A stretch of DNA of 64,000 bases from Candidatus Melainabacteria bacterium 17Bon1m (GTDB lineage: Bacteria; Cyanobacteriota; Vampirovibrionia; Obscuribacterales; Obscuribacteraceae), in NCBI GenBank assembly GCA_032128875.1, contig JAVLKG010000002.1, positions 1-64,000 of the forward strand, in the 5' to 3' direction. The stretch's first letter is position 1. Each line of letters opens with the position of its first letter. A program made the translations under genes and the position numbers. Under the pieces are notes generated by a model. The model was given only the letters and a program-made list of their open reading frames with translations. It was not told the DNA's origin and did not search any database. Below, one piece after another: positions 30,178-39,805 of this stretch.

Positions 30178-31224
30178 GTGAAGAGAACATGCCCCAGTCG
30201 CGCGCTGTTATTCGCCGCTTGCGCTCTGCTTTTGTCAAACACACTTGTTTCCGCGCAAACTGCTCAAGTAATAACGGTCGATGCGAAAAGAGCCAAGGAA
30301 GAAGCCGTAGTCAACCAGCAACTCAAAGACCTCGTAAAAAAGCGCAGAACACGTAAAGGCTGGCTTGGGGACGGAACCGTGCCAGCGAATGTTCGCGTCA
30401 TAAAAGATGTGACTTACGTCGACAAAAGTGTGAGTGCATCGCAAAAACTGGATTTGTATATTCCAACTACTACTACTACTACTACTACAAAGACCAGCTG
30501 GCCTCTCGTTGTTTGGATCCACGGAGGTGGCTGGAAGGGTGGAGATAAAAAGGGCGGACCATTCTATCCTCTTTTGGAGAACGGGTTTGCTGTCGCATCG
30601 CTCAATTATCGGTTGAGCGATGAAACGAAATGGCCTGCTCAATTTGATGATTGCCAGAGCGCGCTTGCATTTTTGCGAAAGCACGCTGCTGAATACAACA
30701 TCGATACGAAACGCCTGGGACTCTGGGGTGGCTCTGCCGGCGGGCATTTAGTTTTGATGCTCGCTTTGAGAGATAAAAGTCCTAGCGATAAACTTCTAGC
30801 TGTGTGCGATTGGTTTGGACCAACCGATCTAACTAGATTTTTGCTCAAGGGTGAAACCACGAAGATGGGCGAGGATTTGACTCGCGATTTATTTGGGCTG
30901 CAGGGCGAAGCTTTGATAGCCGCATGCCCGAGCGCAAGCCCCGTTACGTACATATCGGACGCCAAATATGTGCCACCGATTTTGATCATGCATGGAAGGT
31001 CTGACAAACTAGTTTCTATTCGTCAGTCTCAGCACTTCATGGAAAAGATGAAGGAAGCTGGCTTCAATGATGTAAGGCTTGACGAGATAAACGGCGCCCA
31101 CGGATATCCCGGATTCGGCGAGAGCACCGTGAACAACGTCGTCAAATTCTTCAAACAGCGAATGCTCACGAGTGAAACGTTGAAGAAGAGGTCGCATCGC
31201 CAGTCGAAGTCGCAAAAAAAATAA
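30178..31224 (+). CDS. secreted alpha/beta hydrolase (HSL/BD-FAE-like esterase)
   Basis: Signal peptide, LDLYIP, IHGGGW, GGSAGGHL, HG..D..V, GAHG. Confidence 0.9.
   Translation: MKRTCPSRALLFAACALLLSNTLVSAQTAQVITVDAKRAKEEAVVNQQLKDLVKKRRTRKGWLGDGTVPANVRVIKDVTYVDKSVSASQKLDLYIPTTTTTTTTKTSWPLVVWIHGGGWKGGDKKGGPFYPLLENGFAVASLNYRLSDETKWPAQFDDCQSALAFLRKHAAEYNIDTKRLGLWGGSAGGHLVLMLALRDKSPSDKLLAVCDWFGPTDLTRFLLKGETTKMGEDLTRDLFGLQGEALIAACPSASPVTYISDAKYVPPILIMHGRSDKLVSIRQSQHFMEKMKEAGFNDVRLDEINGAHGYPGFGESTVNNVVKFFKQRMLTSETLKKRSHRQSKSQKK
30466..30489 (+). repeat. in-frame (ACT)7 microsatellite encoding poly-Thr
   Basis: ACT x7 + ACA = 8 Thr in the esterase loop after LDLYIP. Confidence 0.9.
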
Positions 31225-31275
31225 AGAGAGCGCAGTGTATGCGCCCTCTTGCTTTCAGTTTGTCAATTTCAACAA

Positions 31276-31758
31276 CTAAGGTGTGTTGATTTGAGTTTCT
31301 TTTTTGATGGTGGTGGCAGATCCGTCGCCGCTTGTAGCGGAGGTCGAATCTTCTACCTTGTGCGAAGAACCGAGCGGTGTGTTTACGCTTTGTACTTTGC
31401 GCTTCGATTTTGTGACACCACCGGCAGCATTGAGTTCGGTTTTCGATGCAGCGCTGGTGGAAGCTGAGCCGCCTGCGCCGACAGCTGTGCTGCTTTCGCT
31501 TTCCGAGACGCCATCAATACCGGAGCTACGGGTCTTAGAGCTAACCTTCGAGTTGCCGTAGATGTCTGCAGATTTTTTCTTGACTTTGGTAGTGGTGCCG
31601 AGAGCATCCGATTTGGTTTCAACTTTAGTAGAAGCTGCGCCGACCGGCGTGCTGGTTTCTACAGTTGTAGAACTCGCTTCATCTGCAAAACATGCTGGAA
31701 AAGCAACGAATGAGATAAGACCGAGCGAGATCGAAAGTGTTTTAAAGGATCGCAACAT
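31276..31758 (-). CDS. secreted Ser/Thr/Lys-rich low-complexity protein
   Basis: GGAGG RBS, signal peptide, repeated beta-hairpin-like segments. Confidence 0.75.
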   Translation of the reverse strand: MLRSFKTLSISLGLISFVAFPACFADEASSTTVETSTPVGAASTKVETKSDALGTTTKVKKKSADIYGNSKVSSKTRSSGIDGVSESESSTAVGAGGSASTSAASKTELNAAGGVTKSKRKVQSVNTPLGSSHKVEDSTSATSGDGSATTIKKETQINTP

Positions 31759-31813
31759 GATTTCCTCCATTGCGGCAGTAAGCTTGCCACTTAACCCTGC
31801 AAGCCAGAGGAAC

Positions 31814-31838
31814 GACTGATCGTTATCCCTAGGGTTCC
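31814..31838 (-). promoter_or_regulatory. ECF-type promoter GGAAC-N17-GTC
   Basis: Oriented toward the 31758 gene. Confidence 0.55.
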
Positions 31839-31934
31839 CTCGTTAACGGATATTCAGAAAAATTTGTACAGGCTACCCTTGCGACGTTTTTTATTGATTA
31901 TTGGAAAACTTAAGGCAGAAAAAACCGCTTTGCG

Positions 31935-31958
31935 GGAACTCCTGGCGATTTTGCCGTC
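31935..31958 (+). promoter_or_regulatory. ECF-type promoter GGAAC-N15-CGTC
   Basis: Upstream of the M48 peptidase; spacer one nt shorter than the modal sites. Confidence 0.45.
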
Positions 31959-32039
31959 CTTAAAAATCGAAAGCTGCAAACTTTTCCGAACCAGGGAAGG
32001 GCAAGCGCGTTGTTTCCTACGTATACTTGAGGTGCAATT

Positions 32040-32903
32040 ATGGGGTTGATGACTCTAGGTAGGGGATCGGACGTGGAAACATCTTACTCGCGCCGTCCTG
32101 GGATACCCCCACGCGTGATAATCGGTTTAGTTATTGCAGCCATTTCACTGTTTTCTTACTTTGCAAGCAGCAGTTACAATCCGATAACTGACCAAAAGCA
32201 ACATATCTCAATCTCCAAGGAGCAAGAAATTGCTCTCGGATTGCAAGCGGCGCCTTCCATGGAGCGCCAGTACGGCGGTGAAAGCCGTGACCCCAGGAAG
32301 CAGGCTCTCGTAAAAGAAGTCGGCGCTGAAGTCGTCAGTAAAAGCGACGCGTCAAAAACGGAATATAGATACAACTTCCATTTACTTGCCGACCCGAGCA
32401 CGATCAATGCGTTTGCTTTGCCTGGCGGACAAGTCTTCATCACTGAAGGTCTATTCAAGCACCTAACGACGCGCGGACAATTGGCGTCGGTTTTATCCCA
32501 CGAAATTGGACACGTTGCTGCTCGACATTCAGCACAGCATCTGGCTAAACAACGTTTGACTCAAGGACTGACCGGCGCCACGGTTATCGCAACTTACGAT
32601 CCAGATAATCCGAATAGCCGAGCATCAGCTCAAGTTGCGATGATGGTAGGTCAGCTCATCAATTTAAAGTTCAATCGCAATGACGAACTCGAAGCCGACA
32701 AACTTGGCGTGAGATTCGCTTCCGATGCTGGATATGACCCACGCTCTATGATCAAAGTCATGGAAATTTTGCGCGACCAATCTCACAGCCGTCAGCCCGA
32801 ATTTTTCAACACTCACCCCAATCCCGAAAATCGCATCGAGAAGATCAATGCAGCTATCAAAGAAGAATTTCCGCAAGGTGTACCGCAAGGATTGCTGCAG
32901 TAA
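32040..32903 (+). CDS. M48 family zinc metallopeptidase
   Basis: INAFALPGG, HEIGH, ELEADKLG, GYDP, FFNTHP. Confidence 0.93.
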   Translation: MGLMTLGRGSDVETSYSRRPGIPPRVIIGLVIAAISLFSYFASSSYNPITDQKQHISISKEQEIALGLQAAPSMERQYGGESRDPRKQALVKEVGAEVVSKSDASKTEYRYNFHLLADPSTINAFALPGGQVFITEGLFKHLTTRGQLASVLSHEIGHVAARHSAQHLAKQRLTQGLTGATVIATYDPDNPNSRASAQVAMMVGQLINLKFNRNDELEADKLGVRFASDAGYDPRSMIKVMEILRDQSHSRQPEFFNTHPNPENRIEKINAAIKEEFPQGVPQGLLQ

Positions 32904-32904
32904 A

Positions 32905-33024
32905 GCAAATGCCAAAGTCAAAGTTAAGGCATACGACAACGCTCGTGTCTTCGCGAACAACAGCGCTGAAGTTGACGCCGTTGGTAGTGGTGCAAAAGAA
33001 TGCCAACGATGCGCGAGAAAGTAG
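32905..33024 (+). pseudogene. possible start-less remnant of a beta-helix-like repeat protein
   Basis: Frame reads KVKAYDNARVFANNSAEVDAVGSGA (8-residue V-x-A periodicity); no start or RBS. Confidence 0.25.
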
Positions 33025-33042
33025 CGTGATGTAAGAGATAAA

Positions 33043-33072
33043 AACGAGATCTTGTCGAAACAAGATCTCGTT
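33043..33072 (-). terminator. intrinsic terminator
   Basis: Perfect 12-bp stem AACGAGATCTTG/CAAGATCTCGTT downstream of the 33103 gene. Confidence 0.75.
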
Positions 33073-33102
33073 AAATCACAAACTCTAATCGGTCCAGCAG
33101 AA

Positions 33103-33615
33103 CTAGTCGGCCAGGATGAATTTCCAACGGAATTTCGACGAGCCATCATTAGGGCCGAATTTGCATTCTGATTGGAGCGGTGGTTGAGGAGCCACGTAAA
33201 GTGCGTCCCCATTTCTCGCAACACTCTTGATAACTATGCCGTTGTCGCCTGATTCCAAAACCATCACAGATTTGTCCGGTGCCAAAATGCAGGTCATATC
33301 AGCAACCGAAGGGTGCGGCACGAGATTGAGCTCGCCGTTTTCACCGGCTAACTTGATCGTGTAGCGGTTGGTCGGCTTATTTGTTTTGGGATCGATTTTG
33401 CGGTTGATGTCCCACTTTTGCATCCCGCTTTTGTTGTAATCGTACAAAAGGACGTTCTGCCCAGGGGTGCCACCAACAGGTTGTAAAGCCTGGTCGCAGG
33501 ACATGCTTGTAATGAAATATGTGCCTGTATTGGGGAGCGGATCGCCTTCTGCTCTGGCTGGTAACGAAGACATAGCGGCAAGAGTAACCGCGACGGCAAG
33601 AGCCAATTTTTTCAT
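33103..33615 (-). CDS. secreted ricin-B/beta-trefoil-like protein
   Basis: AGGAG RBS, signal peptide, GTYFITS...QNVLLY...MQKW (QxW-like)...FRWKF. Confidence 0.65.
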   Translation of the reverse strand: MKKLALAVAVTLAAMSSLPARAEGDPLPNTGTYFITSMSCDQALQPVGGTPGQNVLLYDYNKSGMQKWDINRKIDPKTNKPTNRYTIKLAGENGELNLVPHPSVADMTCILAPDKSVMVLESGDNGIVIKSVARNGDALYVAPQPPLQSECKFGPNDGSSKFRWKFILAD

Positions 33616-33714
33616 GATACCTACTCCTGGTGGTTTGCTTGGAAAGAGTAGATTATATTCCAAATACGAGCCGGTACAATATTGTGCATTCTTGGCGAGC
33701 AACAGGTGCATCTT

Positions 33715-33969
33715 ATGCCGCAATTACCCGTGCCCGAAAAACTGAATCAAGAGAAGGGCGTTGAGATTTTACGCGTCTGGGCAGAAGAGGGAAATCTTGC
33801 TGTCGTTACCAATACAAAGGTCAATAGTGACCCCGCGTTTTTCGGCATTGCGCTTGCCGACCTTTTGAATCACTTGTCTTTCATCTGCGCGCAGAAATCA
33901 GGCAAGTCGCAAGAAGAAAGCCGTAAAGAAATCATGGATGTTTTCTACAAAGAGTGTGGTCCTCAATGA
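33715..33969 (+). CDS. DUF5076-like protein
   Basis: EILRVWA...DPAFFGIALADLLNH...I..VFYKE pattern recognised by eye. Confidence 0.65.
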   Translation: MPQLPVPEKLNQEKGVEILRVWAEEGNLAVVTNTKVNSDPAFFGIALADLLNHLSFICAQKSGKSQEESRKEIMDVFYKECGPQ

Positions 33970-34250
33970 TCGGATTGCCGCTGCCGCAAAGTATTTCTTC
34001 CGAAGATAAAGCACGCGAATTGATTCGCATGTGGCATTCGGAAGACGGTGAATTGACCGTTACCATCGATGGTTGGCTGGATAATCCAAACGTTTGTGGT
34101 CGTCTAATTGTCGACCTCGCAGTTTTGATCGCGAAAGAGTATGTTGCCACTGATGTTTGGCGTGGAACCCTGGAAGCTGCTCTCTATCGCATTCTTTCTG
34201 CAGCCGATGTGGAAATTCAAAATCCCACTAATTCACCAGTCCTCGAATAG
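33966..34250 (+). CDS. second, divergent DUF5076-like protein
   Basis: ATGA-coupled to the previous gene; LP.P...ELIRMW...GRLIVDLA...ALYRI. Confidence 0.6.
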   Translation: MIGLPLPQSISSEDKARELIRMWHSEDGELTVTIDGWLDNPNVCGRLIVDLAVLIAKEYVATDVWRGTLEAALYRILSAADVEIQNPTNSPVLE

Positions 34251-34659
34251 CATTACTCTCTGAAGATAATTCCATTGCGTTCGAGTCCAGTCGTTTTTTT
34301 AGTTGCAGGACTTCAGCGAGACTGTTACCTTCGACTAAATCTGAAACCACATATGGTGCACCTGTTTCATCTATTCGTTTCGTAAACGGTACCGAGATGC
34401 AAGTGCGTAAGCTCTGAAGCTTTTTGCGCAGCTTTTTGAATTTCTCTGATTTGCAGACTGTCAGAAACGCGCGCCTTGAACAAGCGCAGCGTCAGGATTT
34501 TATCGACTGCTCCGTTTTTTACAGCATATGTGGTGCTGAGCGCGTCTTTTTAATGCTCCCAGAGCAAGTCATACGAATTGAACTTGCGGGGCGCATCTAC
34601 ACACGAAGAAATAAACGGGGTAAACCCTGAGACCTGAAGTCTTGGGACCAAAAAAGAAA

Positions 34660-34682
34660 CAGGGCGGAAGTTTCACGCCCTG
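34660..34682 (-). terminator. intrinsic terminator
   Basis: CAGGGCG...CGCCCTG stem with a U-rich tract on the minus strand after the 34729 gene. Confidence 0.65.
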
Positions 34683-34728
34683 CATCAATCAATTTCAACA
34701 AGTCTGCTCTACAGATATGCCGTGCTTA

Positions 34729-36126
34729 TCAATTACGCGGCGCTGGAGACAAAATTTGCTTCAACTTGCCGTTTTTTGTAGGCATAGGTTGCGGTGGTCC
34801 CAAATAATAGATATTCACGTCACCGCCCGGATTTGAAGCTGGGCGCTGAAATGAGCAGTACTGCGGGCAGGTGTTGGGATCCGGGTTTGTGCAAATCGTT
34901 CCGTTGGGTCCGCTGCATTGGGTGGGTGTGAAGCCACATACAGGCGGTCCGGTTTGGAATGAGCAATTTGTGCAGCCTTTCGGGAAAACACCGACAACGT
35001 TCAAGTTGTCCCCGGCGTAGTTTTGGAATGGCTTTTGATACGCCACGGTGCCGAAGTTTGTATTCCACTTTGCCCCACCGCCCTGGCTGAGGTCAAACTT
35101 AATCGATGCGTTATTGCCGTTGACTATGCTGAGATTCACTGTTTCTTGAGCAAATTGCGGACTTTGAGAAACATTGTTGATCGTAAATTCTGCATTGGTC
35201 ACACCGCAGTCAGGTGCGCGCTCGAAAGAGAGGATCGCTCCTTGGATGCCGGGCGGATTTGCAGGTGGACGGTATTTAAGACTTTGGTTCGGCTGGAGCG
35301 TCACGGAGCCCTGGAAGCAACCCGCGGATACGCACACCATCTGAGGAAAAATCTGTTTTACGTCAAGAATGCACTGAGAGTTGGGTGTGCAAACGGTTGG
35401 CAATGTGAGCCAGGCAACAACTGGTTGGTTGTAGTTATTCGATACCAGGACGTCCGTTGGTTGTGCAGGAGAACCTGCAGCCTTAACTTTAGGTCCGACG
35501 GGACCGGTCCCGCCACCCGCCACGGTGAAGAAGAGCGCATTCATAACCTTATTTACTTCGGCAAAATTGACGCGCACCGAGTCAACTTGCAGTTTTGATC
35601 TACCTTCAGACGGAGGGATGACTGCAATCTTTTGAATGGCGTTAAACTCAGGAAGACCCAGCTGCTGAGCGGTGAAAGAAACTTTTTTGAATCCGTCGGC
35701 AGTGGTTGAGATTACCCGTCCCGCGCTCAGCGGCACGCTTGCAGTCGCGAGGTGAGCGGCACCCTGTACACGGCTTGGCACGCGGTTATAGTTGACTACG
35801 ATATCGGAATCGGCATTGCCTTTGTATTCCAAATCGAGGGTACTTACAGTGGCTGGACTCTCTGCGGTCTCATTCTCTATGAGTAATCCGTTGTATTTGT
35901 TAGGCGATGTCTGGTTGCTCATACCTCTTAATAGATATGGCGAGCGCTTGCCGTTCGAAACGACTGCGGACACAAATTCCGGCGTATCGGGTTTGTCCGC
36001 CACGATAAATGGCTTGGAGACCATTGCCGGCATCGCTTGCGGTGTGGCATTCACCATCTGCCACAGGCTCATTGACCACACAGACAGCACTGTGCCGAAG
36101 ACAATTCCTTTCACGATTTTGCGCAT
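34729..36126 (-). CDS. secreted two-domain protein with a Cys-rich C-terminal thaumatin-like domain
   Basis: Signal peptide; GGGTGP linker; GVTNAEFTIN...ETVNLSIVNGNN resembles thaumatin T-x-AEFTL...YDVSLVDGFN; 12 Cys. Confidence 0.65.
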   Translation of the reverse strand: MRKIVKGIVFGTVLSVWSMSLWQMVNATPQAMPAMVSKPFIVADKPDTPEFVSAVVSNGKRSPYLLRGMSNQTSPNKYNGLLIENETAESPATVSTLDLEYKGNADSDIVVNYNRVPSRVQGAAHLATASVPLSAGRVISTTADGFKKVSFTAQQLGLPEFNAIQKIAVIPPSEGRSKLQVDSVRVNFAEVNKVMNALFFTVAGGGTGPVGPKVKAAGSPAQPTDVLVSNNYNQPVVAWLTLPTVCTPNSQCILDVKQIFPQMVCVSAGCFQGSVTLQPNQSLKYRPPANPPGIQGAILSFERAPDCGVTNAEFTINNVSQSPQFAQETVNLSIVNGNNASIKFDLSQGGGAKWNTNFGTVAYQKPFQNYAGDNLNVVGVFPKGCTNCSFQTGPPVCGFTPTQCSGPNGTICTNPDPNTCPQYCSFQRPASNPGGDVNIYYLGPPQPMPTKNGKLKQILSPAPRN

Positions 36127-36379
36127 GAGACACCACCTTTTGCAACGAGATTAGTGCCTGGTGGGGCTTCCAGGCGCAAACGGTTTCATATTCTGAGCAC
36201 GTGTTCTTATCATGCCACACAGGGGTTGAGTTTTGAACCTTTTGCAAGGGAACCTTTACATCCCGCGTTATCTTTCACCTATTGGTCGAAAGAGAATATG
36301 TTGTCTGCACGACAATTCTCAGCAAGAGATGCGATGCATCGCCCTGACGGGGAGTACTGCATCGCCTTTATCGTGATAG

Positions 36380-36886
36380 TTATCGAGGTACTGCTAATCC
36401 TTCGATGATTTGCGCGTTTGGCAATTTGCGATATTCGCTCGGATTCAATAAAACTTTGGTAGAGCGATTGCCACCACCCGCGATGACTTGCGGTTGTTTC
36501 ATCACTGCTGCATCTATTAAAAGAGGAATAGACTGCAAGCCAAAAGGTGTGACTCCACCAATGAGCATCCCGGTCAACTCTTTTGTTTGCTCCGGAGTGG
36601 CAAAGGAAACTTTGCGACCGTCCATTATCTCGCGCACTTTCTTGTTGGCGTCGAGTTTTGTGGTCGCGAGCACCATGCAACAGGCGAACTGAATCGGATC
36701 AGATTTCGTCGCGACAACAATTGCGTTGGACGCGTGCGCGAGCTCATATCCGTAGTGTTCGCAGAATTTGGCGGTATCCGCCAATTCCGGATCGCAGTAT
36801 AAAACCTTGTGCTCGATGCCATATTTCTGCAGGCATTCGGCAACGGCGGGATCTAACTCTGCTATTTGCTGTGTCATCGATAACAT
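36380..36886 (-). CDS. YbaK/EbsC aminoacyl-tRNA editing-domain protein
   Basis: DPELADTAKFC, KVSFA, LTGMLIGGVTPFG, GGGNRSTK. Confidence 0.9.
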   Translation of the reverse strand: MLSMTQQIAELDPAVAECLQKYGIEHKVLYCDPELADTAKFCEHYGYELAHASNAIVVATKSDPIQFACCMVLATTKLDANKKVREIMDGRKVSFATPEQTKELTGMLIGGVTPFGLQSIPLLIDAAVMKQPQVIAGGGNRSTKVLLNPSEYRKLPNAQIIEGLAVPR

Positions 36887-36963
36887 AATAGCCTCGATCT
36901 TGATTGCGTTTTTGCTTACGACTCAAAGTTCAAGAAATGTCGCGCTCAAGAAATGCCTTTGCT

Positions 36964-37464
36964 TCAAGAAATGTCGCGGTAATAGAATTTTGTGTCTACT
37001 GAAACTACGGGAAAGTTGGGCGGCAGCTCTGCCGATGAAAGTTCCACAAAGCCGTTCTTTTCGTAGAATCTATGCGCCGCAAACATTCGTTCTGTCGTGC
37101 CCAAATAGATTTGGTCGATTTCCTTTGATTGGCACCACTCAATAGCAGTACTCATCAATTGTTGCGCGATGCCTTTCTCTTTGCCTCTGTGGGAGCTGGA
37201 AACGAACATCTTCTTCAGTGCGACCTGCCTATTTCCAATATCGACAACCCCAATGGTGCCAATTACATCTGTACCGTCCAGCGCCATCCAAAAATTTCCG
37301 GCGCCTTTCTGAAACGTTCCGGCAATATCCATCAAGTCAGGTTGTTCTTCACGCGTAATTTTGACGCCGAATTCAATCTGTTGAATAGGCAGCACCAGTT
37401 TTTCGATGGCGGCTTGGTATTCGGCGCTGTATGGCTTGATGGTCACGGTCTCAATTGTATGCAT
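36964..37464 (-). CDS. GNAT N-acetyltransferase
   Basis: LPIQQIEF, QPDL, LKKMFV...RG...GIA, AHRFYEKNGF. Confidence 0.92.
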   Translation of the reverse strand: MHTIETVTIKPYSAEYQAAIEKLVLPIQQIEFGVKITREEQPDLMDIAGTFQKGAGNFWMALDGTDVIGTIGVVDIGNRQVALKKMFVSSSHRGKEKGIAQQLMSTAIEWCQSKEIDQIYLGTTERMFAAHRFYEKNGFVELSSAELPPNFPVVSVDTKFYYRDIS

Positions 37465-37564
37465 GTATGTGCTCCTCTGAGCGGTTGCCTCTATTGTCGG
37501 TCACGATGTTTAATACCGTCCAATAGTTAAATTGGGTATAATTGATAGCAAAAAGGTATCGGTT

Positions 37565-38446
37565 GTGGAGCTTCGGCAATTACGCTATTTCTTCCATATT
37601 GCTGAGCTGGAGCACTTTGGCAAGGCTGCGGAGCGTTTGCATATCGCCCAGCCCGCCCTAACCCGGCAGATCAAGCAGCTCGAGGACGAGATTGGGGTTG
37701 AACTTTTCGAGCGGCTGCCGCGCGGAGTAAAGCTGACAGCTGCCGGACATGTTTTTTTCGGTCAAACCCGCGACCTCTTGGCTCAGTGCGAAAAAATGGT
37801 GAAACTTACTCAACAGGTCAGCCGAGGACAATCCGGCTTGTTGCGGATCGGTTTTGCCGATGGTGTAACTTTCAATAAGACCTTTTCCGAGATCTTGCGC
37901 TCTTTTCGTCAGTCATATTCCGATGTCGTCTTAGACCTGGTTCCAGCTAGTTCGTTAGAACAGGCTGAACTCATTTCGCGAAGTGAGCTTGACCTCGGTT
38001 TTGTCTACTGGTTGCCCACTGGAAAATCGGTGAAGTCGATTCAGTTCGAAGAAGAGGAATTGATGTTGGCCGTATCGAAGACTAGCCCGCTGGCGAAGAG
38101 GAAAACACTGACCATCAAAGATGTTGGCGATTATCCTATTGTGTGGTTTCCGCGCGCAAACAGTCCTGGCTACTACGATTTGATTGTGTCGCGTTTTGCG
38201 CGAAATGGATGCAGCTTGAATGTCATTCAAGAAGGAAACAACGAAAGTACGATGCTGAGTTTGGTGTCTGCGGACATTGGCGCAACGTTTATTACTGAAT
38301 CGGCGTTGCATAGAAAGCCTGATGACGTGGTCTTTATTCCGATTATTGATTTGAATGCAAAACTCAGCGTTAAGGCGATGTGGAACGCGGATGATAAAAA
38401 TCCCGCCCTCAAAGAATTTGTTTCTATTATCAAGAACGTGATCTGA
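37565..38446 (+). CDS. LysR-family transcriptional regulator
   Basis: ELRQLRYF..AE..HFGKAAERLHIAQPALTRQIKQLE; divergent from the GNAT gene. Confidence 0.95.
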   Translation: MELRQLRYFFHIAELEHFGKAAERLHIAQPALTRQIKQLEDEIGVELFERLPRGVKLTAAGHVFFGQTRDLLAQCEKMVKLTQQVSRGQSGLLRIGFADGVTFNKTFSEILRSFRQSYSDVVLDLVPASSLEQAELISRSELDLGFVYWLPTGKSVKSIQFEEEELMLAVSKTSPLAKRKTLTIKDVGDYPIVWFPRANSPGYYDLIVSRFARNGCSLNVIQEGNNESTMLSLVSADIGATFITESALHRKPDDVVFIPIIDLNAKLSVKAMWNADDKNPALKEFVSIIKNVI

Positions 38447-38457
38447 ATGTCGTAGTT

Positions 38458-39018
38458 TTAAAGACACTCTGGACGAAACTGTTTTTTGCGGCTTACATGG
38501 TCGCCTGAGATCATGAAGACACCGTCGCCGGTGTAATGCACTGTTTTAGGATATTTAGGCGAAATAGCAACGTGTGCTTTCAGGATTTCAAACACGAACA
38601 AGCTGTAGTTTTTGATCAGTTTGTTGTCGTAGAGTTTGCATTCAAAATTTGCATAGCACTCTTTGATCATCGGTGCTTTGACTTTGCTAGCTTTTACTTG
38701 AGTCAGTCCAAACTCTTCGAATTTATCAATCTCTGCACCCGTGCTATTGCCTATGGCTACGACAATATCGAGCATATGAGCTTCTGGAATGTTAATCACG
38801 CATTCCTTGCTTTTGCGAATTAACTCGTAGCTATGATTTTGATCCCAGATGAACAATGTCACCAGGGATGGTTCAAACGAAATTACTGTTTGCCATCCAA
38901 GAGTCATTATGTTTGACTCGCCCTTAAATTGAGAGCTAATCAAAACAATTGGCCCCGGCTCTAAAAACCGTCGCACCGTGTCGACTGGAAAGTCTCTCTT
39001 CTTATAGTTTTTCATCAA
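38458..39018 (-). CDS. flavin reductase-like protein
   Basis: LEPGPIVLIS, NIMTLGW, ECVINIP, GAEIDKF, APMIKEC.ANFEC. Confidence 0.9.
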   Translation of the reverse strand: MMKNYKKRDFPVDTVRRFLEPGPIVLISSQFKGESNIMTLGWQTVISFEPSLVTLFIWDQNHSYELIRKSKECVINIPEAHMLDIVVAIGNSTGAEIDKFEEFGLTQVKASKVKAPMIKECYANFECKLYDNKLIKNYSLFVFEILKAHVAISPKYPKTVHYTGDGVFMISGDHVSRKKQFRPECL

Positions 39019-39075
39019 GCGTTAACTAGAGCCCTTCGCCTGGAGACTGTTTCTAAAAGTTGTTCAGCACGTCGC

Positions 39076-39663
39076 TTATGGTTTTATCGTACTGCCAAGG
39101 AGTTCTAAAAACTGACGCATCCATGCCGGATGTCCGGGCCAAGCTGCTGCAGTCACCAAGTTGCCCTGAGTGTGTGCATTGGAAAAGGTTTCATTTTGTT
39201 CGACGTATGTCCCACCGCACGAGGTGACTTCAGGTGATACCGCCGGGTAAGCCATGCTCGATCTCCCCTTCAAAACTCCTGCTGCTGCAAGCACCTGCGC
39301 TGCGTGGCAAACGGCGGCAACTGGTTTGTTCTTCTCGAAAAAGTGCCGTGTGCATTCGAGTACAAGCGAGTTCAATCGTAAATACTCCGGCGCTCTTCCA
39401 CCAGAAATCACAAGCGCATCGTATGTGGTGAAATCAATTTTGTCGAATTCAGCATCAATGCCAAAATTGTGCCCGGGCTTTTCAGTGTATGTTTGGTCGC
39501 CCTCGAAGTCATGAATTGCAGTTTTGACTTTGTCACCTTTCTTTTTGCCGGGGCATACTGCGTGTACTTCGTGACCCACCATGAGCAGCATTTGATATGG
39601 CACCATAGCCTCATAATCTTCGACGAAATCACCCACCAGCTGAAGTATTTTTGCCATTGTCAA
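39076..39663 (-). CDS. DJ-1/PfpI family protein
   Basis: [40 protein letters not shown]. Confidence 0.93.
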   Translation of the reverse strand: MTMAKILQLVGDFVEDYEAMVPYQMLLMVGHEVHAVCPGKKKGDKVKTAIHDFEGDQTYTEKPGHNFGIDAEFDKIDFTTYDALVISGGRAPEYLRLNSLVLECTRHFFEKNKPVAAVCHAAQVLAAAGVLKGRSSMAYPAVSPEVTSCGGTYVEQNETFSNAHTQGNLVTAAAWPGHPAWMRQFLELLGSTIKP

Positions 39664-39749
39664 TCCTCACTGCTGACTTTACTGCCGACTTTGCCCGACA
39701 CGGCTATGTTTTTACCACGATGAATCTTTTATAGCTATCTATTTGAATT

Positions 39750-39774
39750 GGAACTATTGGCTACTTCGACCGTC
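39750..39774 (+). promoter_or_regulatory. ECF-type promoter GGAAC-N16-CGTC
   Basis: 31 nt upstream of the LigD-PE ATG. Confidence 0.62.
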
Positions 39775-39805
39775 GGATCCGTGTTGCCGCGGTAGGGTTA
39801 ATCAT

